Shown one piece after another: positions 24,556 to 37,182 of a DNA stretch of 64,000 nucleotides (the first letter of the stretch is position 1; each line of letters starts with the position of its first letter). The stretch is from Azolla caroliniana (taxonomy: Eukaryota > Plantae > Polypodiophyta), in NCBI GenBank assembly GCA_043228905.1, contig JBHGNT010000011.1, positions 9,300,001 through 9,364,000 of the forward strand, in the 5' to 3' direction. A program made the translations under genes and the position numbers. A model generated the notes under the pieces. It did not search any database. It saw nothing but the letters and a program-made list of their open reading frames with translations, and was not told the origin of the DNA.

Positions 24556-25279
24556 TGTTGGGAGACAGGTCCCTCCGGATGGGAAGGGAGAAGAACAGTG
24601 TTGATGAACAAACTCGGCCGAGGCCGATAGGCCAAGGCCGAAACCGTATGAGGAGTACCCGGCTACGGAGAGCCGGATGGTGCAGACCCGGTGAGGACCG
24701 GATGAGGAGTACCCGGCTACGGAGAGCCGGATGGTGCAGACACGGTGAGGACCGGATGAAGAGTACCCGGCTACGGAGATCCGGATGGTGCAGACCCGGT
24801 GAGGACCACTCACCGGATGAAGAGACATATTCGTAAATATGTTTCTGAGAGTCCATCGAGGCTATATTTTGTAAATAGCCGAAAAGTCATATTAGTATAA
24901 ATATGACTTAGGGCAAACTTTTAGTTACTATTGTTATTATTTCTTGTCTGCGTGAGATCAGAGCGCGCAACAGTGTACAGAGAGAGAGAGAGAGAAAGAG
25001 GTCGTTGCCTCTATTGTAACCACCGCCTGTGGCGAAGATTGTGAGCACGAGGTCGTTGCCTCCGTGAACTCACTGTTGTACATACTAACCTAGTGATAGT
25101 TTGCAGCCTGTGGGCTGCCGTGGTTTTTCCCTAGTTTGGGGTTTTCCACGTTAAACATCCTGCGTACAATTTTTCTTTCTCCTTTGTGTCGCGTGTTTTC
25201 GGTTTCCTGTTTTTCTGTGTATGATTCTAAGCTCGGTTGTGGCCGAGCGTTGTGCATAAGGAGCGTTGAGTTCTCGTTA
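24556..25279 (+). mobile_element. Solo LTR (copia-type) with 3x54-bp internal tandem repeat
   Basis: Starts TGTTGGG; TSD GTTAG (24551-24555 / 25280-25284); decayed 3' end; motif GTGGTTTTTCCC..GGGTTTTCCAC. Confidence 0.75.
24648..24808 (+). repeat. 54-bp tandem repeat, 3 copies
   Basis: ATGA(G/A)GAGTACCCGGCTACGGAGA.CCGGATGGTGCAGAC.CGGTGAGGACC starting at 24648, 24702 and 24756. Confidence 0.92.
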
Positions 25280-25551
25280 GTTAGAACCATGGTTCAGCTT
25301 TGGGAAGCCACAATGATTATTCAAGATAGAGATTCGAGAAAGAAATCTTAGTTATGTTTTCCCCCATGGTTTTTAAGACACCATAGTGTTACCATAGTTA
25401 TTGGATCTCGAATCACATCTCATATGTCTAGAGGTGTAAAGAAGTGAGATGTTTTCTTGGTAGAGTTCTTACAATCAAAATTTCAAGCATTCATTTTGCT
25501 TGTGTATTTTCTGAACCTCCTTATTTATATTGCATACCCATAGCTTGCATC

Positions 25552-28500
25552 ATGGAACAAGTTTTGAACATTGTTGGAGCGATCTCTCCGACCGAGACCT
25601 CTCAACTCCAATTGGCATCTCACACACAAGCTGAGATCACTATTGAGCAATTTCTCACTACTACCATGAATCAATTGGCCGAAATGAGGCAAGCCAATAT
25701 GGCATTGGAAAAGAAATTCCAAGAATTGACTATTGAGTCCAAGAAAGAAGGTGAACCTTCTTTCGTAGTAACGTCATTCAAGGGAGATAAGAAAGAAAGA
25801 ACCGAGGAGGCCATTAGCAGTTGGCTTAGTTGTTGGGAGTCTCACTTTGAGCTCCACCCCAAGCCCAATGCTGTAAAAATTGGTTATGTGGGTGTGAGTT
25901 AGGTGGCCGAGCTATTGCTTGGTGGCGTGGCCTAAGGAATGCAAAGAACTTACCCACAACTTGGGAAGGTTTCGTTGATGTTTTTAAGAAATAGTTTTTG
26001 CAGCCACCTTCTCAAACTGAACAAGCGCAACACTTGCTCACGTTGTCGAGTAAGCGATTTACCTCTCCCGAGAATATGTGCATCATGCTCGGACCCAGAT
26101 CCAAAAATCAGGACTTACAAGTGAGAAATGGTTTGTTGCTTGCTTTTTGAATGGTATTCCCAATGGAGATTACCATTGGGTTGTCCATGACAAGGACCCC
26201 ACAACTTTCGATGAAGCCGTCAACATTGTACTTCGGTACCATAGGACTTCCAAGAAAGACCACAATAAACCTGAGTTCACCAAAACTCTAAATGTCAAGT
26301 TCATTGGGAAACCTAAGCAATCTAGTGACACTCTTGACCGTGAATCCAAGAAACTGAACCTCTTCTGTGCATATTGCAAGAAGTGGGGCCACACAAAGGA
26401 TACATGTCGTCACCTTGAGATGAAGTCAACGAACACAGGTGAGTCTTTTGATGTTGTTGAGGTTCATACCAACCACTTAAATTCATGTGAATGCAGTTTT
26501 CCATCACATTTACTTGGACCTAATGATTTACTCCAAGCAGTCGGGTATATCAATGGAACACAAGCACATTTCTTGTTTGATTCCGGTAGTTCTCACAGTT
26601 TTCTTAATGATCACTTTGTGTAGCAAATGGAACTCCACATAAATGCAAGTGATCATATCTACCAAGTTCACATGGCAAATGGAAGCGTTCAATACATTAG
26701 TGGCATTGTTTGTCAACTGCCAATTCAAATAGATACATATTTGGAGAAGCTAGACTTTCAGGTTATGAAATTACAATCCGCAAATGTCATTTAAGGATAC
26801 CCTTCGTTTTTTAATAAAAACCCTTCTTTGTCCATTGATTGGGTTAATCACTCAATCACATTTGAACTTAATAATCGTAAACATTTTATTCAATGTTCCA
26901 AACTTCCTTCTCGTTCACTTGTGTCTTCTAAATCTTTAAGTGAGTATTCTAGTTCATTATTTTATTCGTGTGTAATTGATCCTGCGTTCAATTTTATAAT
27001 TTTAATATTGACACCACACAATTACCACATTATGAACAACGATTACTCGACCCTATTTTAGACGATTTTCAAGACGTGTTTCCTAACAAATTGTCGCTTA
27101 CTTTACCAACAAAATGTAATGTGGACCATCAAATTGAACTCATCCCTGGTGCTGCTCCTGTCAGCATTCCACCTTACCGACTTAGTCGATTAGAAGAGGA
27201 TGAGATCACTAAAAATTTAAGGAATACTTGAGTATGGGCCACATTAGGTATAGTAAATCACCTTGGGGTGCACTTGTTCTATTAGTTAAGAAGAAGGAAG
27301 GTTCATGGCGAATGTGTATCAATTATCACCATTTGAATAAAATGACAATTAAAAATGCATATCCATTACCTTGTGCCGATGATTTGATTCATCGTTTGCA
27401 TGGGGCCCAATATTTTACGAAAATTGACTTACGAACAGGTTATCATCATATTGGCATTGTCGAGGATGATATTCCTAAAACCGCTTTTCGAACGCGTTAT
27501 GGCCATTATGAGTTTTTAGTCATGCTTTTCAAGTTGACTAATGCTCTAGCCACATTCCAACAAGCAATGAATGACGTTTTCCGAGATCAACTCGGTGATT
27601 TTGTTGTCATCTTCTTAGATGATATTTTGATATATAGCCTGTAGAAACAAATAGCGTGCGGAAGCAATAGAAAACAGAAAACCAGTTTAATGGATAGCTT
27701 TACAATACGCGGGAGAGACAGAGAGAGCACACAGAAACTTAATTCAAAAATACTACTTAGTCTCTACATCGTATGTGTTCAGTGAACACTTTTATACAAG
27801 TCCATACGGACTGACAGAAGTACAGTGTACTTCAATGCTCACACGAGCGTCTGACACTAACTACGAGATATTAACTCCCTAGTAGACTAGTTGTTACTTG
27901 GCTTCAAGGTATTGCTTGATCCAGCTAACTGGCTCACCGGCTCACCTGCTCACAGGCTCACCGATCCCGCTCATCCTTCCGAATGTCGATTCGGATCCGG
28001 TTGAGCTTGCTGCTCAACACTCCCCCTGAAGCTCAACTTAAGGTCGGATCGTAGTGTTAGTCTCCATGGCAGTCGGCCCTTCCACCCGGCTCCTTCTGGC
28101 GTCACTCCGCCTCGCTCGTGCTCCTCGTCCGGTCCGGTCCCTTTTGCCCCGACCCTTCTGTTTCTGCGCATCTCAACCTCCTCGGTCGGCTTGTCTGCTC
28201 AATAGGCCCAAATCAACTCCCTTGCTGTTGTGACTTCGGCGCTTGTCGACCCGCTGATTCCTTCGTGTTGGCGTCGACTTTTGCTGCCATCTCATCCTCT
28301 TGGCCTTGAATTGATCCGGTTCTTCTGAATCCTTTTGTTGAACCGAATCGGTTATCAACGATTCGTTCTAGCTCTTGTCTGAATCGGTTGCTTCTGATTC
28401 GTCTTCCGATTCTAGACCCTTCACCACATCGGACTATGTCCGGATCTTGGCCTTCTTCTTTCGGTCGGCTCTGTCCTTCTTGACTCTACTGCCGTTGCCG

Positions 28501-31500
28501 CTTGTTCTTCCCTCACCACGCAATCGGCACGCAATTGGCAGTTTCTTTGCCTTTGCCCATTCCAGTGTCTTTGCCCGTTCTCCCCGTCAAGTGTGGCACG
28601 TCGAGATGCTGAACACCAAGGATTTCGGTGAAGTGCTACAACTTGTCTAATCCAAGCGGTTTGGAGAAGATGTCAGCAACTTGTCGATCCATATGAACAT
28701 ACCAAAGTTTGACTTCACCGCTTAGGACACGCTCACGCACGAAGTGGTAGTGCACTTCTATGTGCTTTGTGCGAGCATGTAATACGGGGTTCTTGGCGAG
28801 CTGCATGCTGCTTATGTTGTCGCAGTAGATCAGGATCGGGGTCGGCACCTCGATCTGCAAGTCTTGTAGCAGTCGCCAAAGCCAAATGGCTTCACAGGTG
28901 GCAACGGTAGCGCCCCGGTATTCAGCCTCAGTGCTCGAGAGGGCCACTATTGGTTGCTTTTTGCTGCTCCACACAACAGCCGCGCTACCAAGGGAAAACA
29001 TATAGCCGGAGGTGGATCGGCGATCCGATGCATCGCCGGCCCAGTTGACATCGGTGTAGTCGACTAGCTCTTCGGTTATACCATGCCGATATAACAATCC
29101 CCAGTCCTTCGTGCCGCTCACATATCGTAATATTCGATGCGCACACAGAAGGTGCTCCACAGTTGGCTTTTGCATATATTGGCTAATCACGCCAACCGGA
29201 TAACTGATGTCGGGTCGGGTTATTGTCAAATATACGAGGCTTCCGACGATTTGTCGAAAGCGCTTCTCATCATAGGCCGGTCCGGAGTCGGGATGGTGCT
29301 TTTGGTTCCGGTCCAGGGGTGTCGAGATCGGTCGGCATTCTATCATGCCGAACTTGTACAACATATTCAGGGTTGGGTCATAAAGACCTCTTCTTCAAGA
29401 TCTCCTTGAAGAAATGCATTCTTCACGTCCATCTCGTGAAGATGCCACCCCCTTGCCGCAGCAACCGCCAACACCACATGAACCGTCGTCATCTTCACTA
29501 CCGGAGCGAAGGTCTCGTTGTAGTCGATTTCGTGGGTCTGCGCGTATCCCTTCACCACTAACCGGGCCTTGTACCGGTTAACTGATCCATCGGCATTGTA
29601 CTTTACTTTGTACACCCACTTACATCCGATCGGTTTAGAGTGTCGGGGAGGGTCAACTAGGTCCCATGTGTCGTTGGCATCAAGTTCCCGCATTTCTTCC
29701 TCCATAGTGGCATACCAATTTGCATCCTTTGCCGCTTCTGCGTAGCTTTCCGACTCACGCACCTCCGCCACCTTGGTCATGTACGCATAGTGATGCGCCA
29801 TGTACTCGTTGTATCCGTACTGCTTCACGGGTTCCTTTTGGTGGGAAGACCGGCGTAACTCACCGTTACCCCGTTCTGGGCCCTTCTTGGCCGGTTCGGT
29901 CTTCGTTCCCGAAGATCCGCCATCTTGCTTTCCGGAGTCGGATCCACTCCGATCCAACTCGTCATTGCTGGTTTCGTATCCCGGCATCTTCTTCTTCCCC
30001 TTCTCTTTGCGTGTGAACTGTCTCCTCGGTTCCTTGCGTGGGGAGAGCACGGCAGAGTCTCCACTACTCGCTTGTTGATCATCCGACTAGTCTGGCAGAC
30101 CCAGTTGCTCATTCGACCCGCTCAGCCGAAACGATTCCAGATTCTCTTCTTGAGTCTCGGACCCTTCGTCTTCTAACTGGATTGGTTCAGGCTCACTAGC
30201 CTCATCCTCCGGTATCGGGTCGGGGTCAAAAGTCGGTAAGGCATACCATGATGCCATTTAGTTAAACTCTACATCCCGGCTAACTCAAACCTGCTTCGTC
30301 CGGGGATTATAACACTTGTACCCCTTTTGCTCATGCGAGTAGCCGACTAGGATGCATTTCTCTGACTTAGCATCCAGCTTCCTTCGCTTCTCATTCGGTA
30401 CATGAACATATGCAATGCTACCGAATATCCGAAGGTGTCTCAAATTCGGCTTGCGTCCGAAATACAGCTCATGCACAGACACCTTGTCACCGATCCGGTT
30501 TTGGATGTAGACGGTCGTCCGGACCGCCTCCGCCCAATAGAAATGGGGCATACTCTTCTCTTCCATCATTGCCCTTGTCGCGTCGACGATCGACCGGTTC
30601 TTTCTCTCGGCCACACAATTTTGCTCCGGTGTGTATCTGCAGCTGAATTCTCTCCGAATTCCTTTTTGTTGCAGATAACTGTTGAATTGGCCGGAAAAAT
30701 ATTCTTTTCCATCATCCGACCACAGGCACTTGATCTTCCTCTCCATTTCCCGTTCAACCAGGCTCTGCAGGTTCCGGAAACACTCGAAGACTTCGCTCTT
30801 CCGCTCGATGAGGTAGATCCATGTGTGTTGGGTGTAGTTGTCGATGAAGGAGACGAAATACTGACTCCCGCCAAGACTAACATTCTGTGCCGGTCTCCAT
30901 ACATCCGAATGAATAAGGTCGAGCTTGTTACGGCTACAGTTTCGTTCGGTGGGGAATGGAAGCCATTGTTGCTTCCCAAGTTGGCAGGCTTCACACAGTT
31001 GGGCCTTCCGGCCACTGAACTTCGGCAAACCAAAAACCATTTGTTTCGTTTGTAGGTCTTGAAGCCTTCTGTAATTGACGTGGCCGATCCGCTTGTGCTA
31101 GAGATCAATATCCGATTCGATCTTCTATACTTTGGCAAAAAAAGCGGTGCCACCGTCATTGGTGTCGAGGATGAACATCCTCCCGTCTCTGCGCCCTTGC
31201 GCAATGATCTGGCCCTCCTCCTCGATGAAGCACCCGAGGTGCGTAAACCGCACCTGCATTCCCTGGTCGACGATCTGTCCGACCGACACCAGGTTCTTCG
31301 TGATAGTCGGAACATGTAATACGGTCATCAGCTTCCCCCTCTGTCCGACATGGCTCAAAGGGACTTCTCCGATATGCACGATTGGGTGTGGAGTGTCATC
31401 TCGGGTTTCGACGACTCCTGGTTGCTCTAGTTTCTCCAAGAAGGAGAACCACTCTTTATGGCTCATCATGTGGTTTGACGCACCGGAATCAACGTACCAC

Positions 31501-33590
31501 ACTTCCTCCAATTTGGAAGTGGTCTTCTTCATCGAGTTAGCCTCGTGTTTCATCATCAAGCCTGGCCCTTTACCGGCTTTTCCGGTTTTGGATCCTCCTG
31601 ATCCTTCTGCATAGTGCGAGTATTGCCGGTTCTCTCTACCGGATCCGAATTTGTCCGAATCGGCGCGTTTCTTCCAGCACTCGCTTTCTTTGTGGCCCTT
31701 TTTACCACAATACCAGCATTCCGTGGCGGATTTTTCTTGTCGGCCTCCGGTGCCACCTTGACTCCCCCTGGTTGTGGAGGTCCCGGAACTGTTGTCGGCA
31801 CGATCTCTGTGTCGTCGGTCTTGCCCTTGCCGGCCGCCTCCATTGCCGGAGTTGCAGCTTTTGGGCTGTAGTGCTTGCGGCGAACACCTTCTTCAGGTTT
31901 CCCCAAGCCTCTTTCGACGTCTTGGCATCTCGAACGTGGCTCAACAGCTGGTCTCTGACACTAGACGCAAAGTAGTACATCACTCTGCTTGTCGATTGTT
32001 CCCACACCGGGAAGTCCTTGTGTGCCGCATCAGGTGTTGTGTCATTAGCTCTGTCAACATAGCTCCAGTAACCATGCCCAAGCAGGTACTAGTGCATCTT
32101 GTATGACCAAGATGCGTAGTTGGATCTGTCGAGCTTCTCCACCGGGAGCGAGCCAGCCATTCTTCTATCCATTTGTTTTTTTTTTCTATTCTTTACAAAG
32201 GTTAGGTTTTCTTCATGCGAAAGCAAATGTCGGCTACAGAGGTTCTTAACCCTCACACTCTGATACCATGTAGAAACAAATAGCATGCGGAAGCAATAGA
32301 AAACAGAAAACAGAAAACAAGTTTAATAGAGAGCTTTACAGTACGCGGGAGATACAAAGAGAGCACACAAAAACTTAATTCAAAATTACTACTCAGTCTA
32401 TACATCATATGTGTTCAATGAACACTTTTATACAAGTCCATACAGACTGACAAAAGTACGGTGTACTTCAATGCTCACACGAGCGTCTGACACTAACTAC
32501 GAGATATTAACTCCCTAGTAGACTAGCTATTACTTGGCTTCAGGTTATTGCTTGATCCAGCTAATCGGCTCCCCAGCTCACCGGCTCACTTGCTTACCGG
32601 CTCACCAATCCGGCTCATCCTTCCGGATGTCGATCCAACTCAGGCTTATTCAGCCGATCCGAATCCGGTTGAGCTTGCCGCTCAACATAGCCGTACCTTG
32701 CAAGATCATGTTCAATATGTTCGATTTGTTTGCAAAAGTTGCGTGACAACTCTTTCTATGCAAAACATTCAAAATGTTATTTTTTTCAAAAATCTATTGT
32801 GTATCTAGGTCATTTAATTCCGGAAAATCAAAAGGTTAAACTTTGGCCCATTCCTCGTAATATTCGTGAATTGTGATCATTCTTAGGGTTTGTTGGATTT
32901 TTACGAAAATTAATTCGTAACTATTCCAAATTGACTACGCCATTAATTGACTTTTTAAAAGGTCATCCACATAAGTCTGTCAAAACTATTGCATGGAATG
33001 AACAACTTGACAAATCATTTGAGACACTCAAAGAGCATGTGTGTTAGGCTCCCACTCTTCTATTATTGGACCCTTCTAAGCCTTCCTCAATTGAAACCGA
33101 TGCTAGTGATTATGCTATTTGTGTCGTTCTTTATCAAGGCGGTCACCCTATTGCTTTTGAAAGTAAGAAGCTTGATGTTGCTCAATCTCGGTATTCGGTT
33201 CAAGAGAAAGAGTTGTTTGCGATAATACATGCACTTAAAACATGGAGGCGTTATCTCTATGGAAATAAATTTGTGGTTACAACTGACCATCAATCATTGG
33301 AGTATTTTTGTGACCAACCAGATCTTGTTGGTCGTAAAGGTCGTTGGGTTGACCTTATGCAAGATTTTGATTTTTCCATACGGTATCGCAAGGGTTCTAT
33401 GAACACCGTTGCAGATGCTCTTAGTCATATTAAAGAAGTTAACATGCTTAGCTTCACGGAAATAAAATCTAATCTTTTAGATCACCTTCGAGGGAAATAC
33501 CTTGATGACAGTTATTTCTCAAAATACTAGACGAAAGTTGAATCTGGTTTAGATGTCGTTACTAGCACCCTACCCTCGAAGGCGACCTTT
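25552..33590 (+). mobile_element. Decayed Ty3/gypsy (chromovirus-type RT) gag-pol, interrupted by a copia element and truncated before integrase
   Basis: Knuckle CAYCKKWGHTKDTC; protease FLFDSGSSHSF; [13 protein letters not shown]...FLDDILIYS continuing after 32687; RNase H IETDASDY, EKELFAII. Confidence 0.88.
27640..32687 (-). mobile_element. Full-length Ty1/copia element, degenerate ORF
   Basis: LTRs 27640-28019 and 32269-32687; TSD TAGCC; PBS TGGTATCAGAG (tRNA-iMet) at 32258-32268; PPT AGGGGGAG; gag EKLDRSNYASW, protease WYVDSGASNH, integrase, RT and RNase H ARTKHIEVHYHFVRE; internal RT deletion near 29365. Confidence 0.95.
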
Positions 33591-33777
33591 CACATCCTGT
33601 TAAGGGAGGTGGCTCGTGTTTTGTTAGAATATGGGTTTGTGCACCCTCGCCCACTAGCAATGCCGAAGAACAGAGCCGGTTTTATCATCGCCACATTCGA
33701 AGGCATCAAAGTAGACTGGCTGGTAATCGTGGCGGATGCATTAAGAGCAAGCATCCAAGTTGTCGTAGATGGCAGGC
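33590..33777 (+). pseudogene. Fragment homologous to the extra ORF of the Athila/Selgy-like element
   Basis: ILLREVARVLLEYGFVHPRPLAMPKNRAGFIIATFEGIKVDW aligns with MLFREIARVLHEFGHVYPRPPVMPQNRAGLIIATYEGVKVDW (41241-41110, minus strand). Confidence 0.85.
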
Positions 33778-36700
33778 CGGAATCCTTCACAACATCCACC
33801 CCCACCAAACCACACATCCTCCAGCATGTGCCAAGTAGTGTTATCGTGGGGATTCTGGCTCAACTTTCACTCGTCCTCTCCCAAATTGTCACCGAGCAGG
33901 TCTTCTTCGGGCTCCTCTCTCTCGCTCCCGCCATATTCTAGCTCGTACCACTTCTTGAAGGCTTTTATCTGCTTCCCCGCAACCGGTACCGCGATCCTCG
34001 TCCCGTCAAGCTCGGCAAAATGGTATGTCCCATTTTTGTTGGCGCTTGTCACCACGTACGGCCCAAACCACCTCCTCGCAACCTTCTGGGTCGACCGGTG
34101 CTGGTTATCTAGGTTGTTTTCATAGACTAGCACCCAGTCACTTTCCTCGATCTTCCTCAATCGGAGCCGATGGGTTTGGTCGAACCAACCCTTGTCCTTC
34201 TTTTGTGCCTCCTCCGTTCACACTGTGGCTCGTTCGACGTCCTCTGGTCTTTGCTCGAGCTGTCGGATCCGCGTCGCCAACAACTCCTCTCTGCTCATAT
34301 CATCCACCTAGTCGACTGCCATCCATGAAGAGATTGTCCGCTCCACCGACATGATCGGTTTCTTCCCGAACATAAGTTCCGTCGGCATGTATCCGATTAC
34401 CGAATTGTGCGTAGTTCGGTTGGCCCATAGGGCATAAGGTAGGAGCCTCAACTAGTTTCCCACACGACCATCGCAAGCTCGCACTATGTCCTTCACGATC
34501 AGTTTGTGCCTGTGCTTGACCTTCTCGTTGGCTTCCGGATTGTACATCATGGTGAGTGAAAGTTTGACACCTAGTCGATCGAACAACTCCTCAGCTTCTA
34601 GCGCGTCCAGCTCCCCTCAGTCGACCACGATCTTACTCATACACCCGTACCGGAAAATCACATCTTCAATCAGGAACCAACATACGGTCGCGGTCGTCTT
34701 GTTTGCTAAGGCTCGGCCTTCCACCGGGTTTGTCAAATCTTCTATCGCGAGCACCAGGTACCACATTTGTCCTACCCCCATTGGCATCGTCACTAAAGCG
34801 ACCATCCACTTGAAGTGAATGCTTGGCGAGTAGATCGGGTGCATCTCGTTGCGATGTTGAATACCAGATTGCATCTGACAGCTCTCACACATCATTACAA
34901 AGTGATGCGCATCGCAATACATCCCCAGCCACCAGTACTTCTTCTTCAGCTTCTCAAATGTGGCCCACATCCCCTAGTGTCTGGACTAGGGGCTCGCGTG
35001 GAACTTCAACAAGAGCACCACCTGCTCTTCTTTCTTTGTCACCACCCGAAGTGGTGTGCCAGTTTGTCTCTTCGGGTGCTTCCATATCTTACCATTCCGA
35101 AGGAAGAACCGGTAAGCCTTCTTCTGGATCCGGCTCGCTTCGTTTTTCGTCCATGCCGCGTCCGGTCCCGTCGTGCTTAGGAACTTACCAATTTGGAGCC
35201 ACTCCCCGTCATAGTCATTCTCGTCGAGCTTCTTTAAGGCCAGAGTGCTCCGTTTGTTCGTTGACATTCGATCGAACTCAAAGAAGTCCACGCCGACCTC
35301 CTCATCTTCCGATACCATGCCATCCTCATTCTCAAACCGTGCTCTCAAGAGCATATCGGCCATGGCATTGTCTTTTCCGAAGATGTATCGTATCTCCGGA
35401 TTCAAGGACTTTACGTATGCGATCCACATGAGCATCGCCAGGTCCGGAGTCGCACATCCGGAAACCATGCCGAGAATCGGCAGGCAGTCCATCTCGATGA
35501 TCACTTCCCCCCCGATCAAATAGTCCTTATCGGCCTTGACTACCGAAATGATACCCCAAAGTTCAGGTTTAACCTGGGCGCATCCTCGTTGCCGCTCTCT
35601 TAGCACCTTCTCACCGAACCGGATGGGGAACCGTGTGCCGTCCTCGTCTTCCTGATTAACCACCCATCCAATTCCGGTCGGACTCGTATCCACCGTCACG
35701 TAAACCGGGGTGTTCTTCTTGTACATCGCTTTCCGGAGAGCAAGTGCCACCGTTAACTTTTCCTTCAGTCTCTGGACCGCCTCCATGTGCTCGTTGCCCG
35801 ATTCAAATCTCCCGCCTTTCTTTAGCAAGCCATAGAGGGGCTCGGCTATATGCGCATAGTGTAGGATCCAAATGTGGTAGAAGGTGCACGCCCCCAAGAA
35901 CTGTCAGACTTTCGTGACCGACCTGCACTCTTCCTTCATCGTCGAGATGGCCTCTACCTTCGCCGGAGACGGTTTCCTGCCATATGGCCCGCACAGGTGA
36001 CAACTACTAGAATCTCTATTTGTCCGAAAGCCGACTTCTCCCTGAAGAAGGTAATCTGAGCACCCTCAAGCCTCTGCAGTATCTTCTCGCGGTCGGAGAT
36101 GTGGTCCGCGACAAACTTCCGGCATCCGTCCGCTCTGATCGACTCGTCCTTAGCATCCTCCAGAATCCCTTGATCGGGATGTCATCCAAAAACGCCATGG
36201 TGACGTTCAGGATGTAGAGTCTCTCAGCACCTTGTTCATCGCGTTCACCATGTGCGCCACCGAATTGGTCCCTCCTTGCGGCAGGGTACACATCCGAACA
36301 AGGCCACAAGGGTTCACATCGTCATGATGTCTCTACTCTCCATGTCTAGCTGGAACCGGTCATACCCGGACTGGAGTATAGGTCCCTGACCGAATAGATC
36401 GACCTTCCGGCGAAGGCATCTGTGACCTCGTCTATCGTCGGCCTGACCCCTGCATTCCGAATGGTCACCTTGTTGACCTACTGCAGGTTCTGAATGAAGC
36501 ACAGTGTGTCGTTCTTCTTGGGTATGTTAATCCTAGGGGCCAGACAACAACCTAACACAGGGTGTCCACTTAAGACACTTCACCAAAGGGTGTTACGGCA
36601 GGATGACTTACGACACAACGTTTAATTAGATCTTAATCGATTACTTAGCAACACATCATTAACACGCGTAAGATATAACAATGAGTACAGAACGGTAATC

Positions 36701-37114
36701 AATACTGAAAGATTAAGGCAATAAGTTCTATTAATTATCCGCTCTCGATTACATTGTAATCAGGCCTTTATATAGGTCTCTGGTGCGAAATACAAAACGG
36801 TGCCAACCGGCACCTTTTCGGGATCGGTCCGAATCCGGATCGGCATACCGATTCCGGTCTGTCCGTCCACATCTTCTCATATATTAATATATATATTAAT
36901 ACTACTAATTACAACAGTTCCCGAATAAACTATTCCTTTTCACACTCTGGTTTGGACCTCCTTAAGCCTTCTTGCCAGCCGGTAACACATGGCACACCCA
37001 TGGGACAGTACCTTGTACGTCGAACCCATTATCCGGCCCTTTTACGCTTCGTCCAAAATGTCCAGAATGCTTTGCTCCAAACTTTCCAATGGCTCGTTGG
37101 AATCTGTTATTGCT

Positions 37115-37182
37115 GTTGTGGCTGCTGTTCCGTTTGTGGTTGTGGCTGCTGTTCCGTTTGTGGTTGTGGCTGCTCCGTTTGT
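37115..37182. repeat. 24-bp minisatellite encoding QPQPQTEQ on the minus strand
   Basis: TGTGGCTGCTGTTCCGTTTGTGGT repeated about 2.8 times. Confidence 0.8.

Noticed and set aside
24648-24808. CRISPR-like array
   Set aside because: Contiguous 54-bp tandem units with no unique spacers, inside a eukaryotic LTR; no cas genes.
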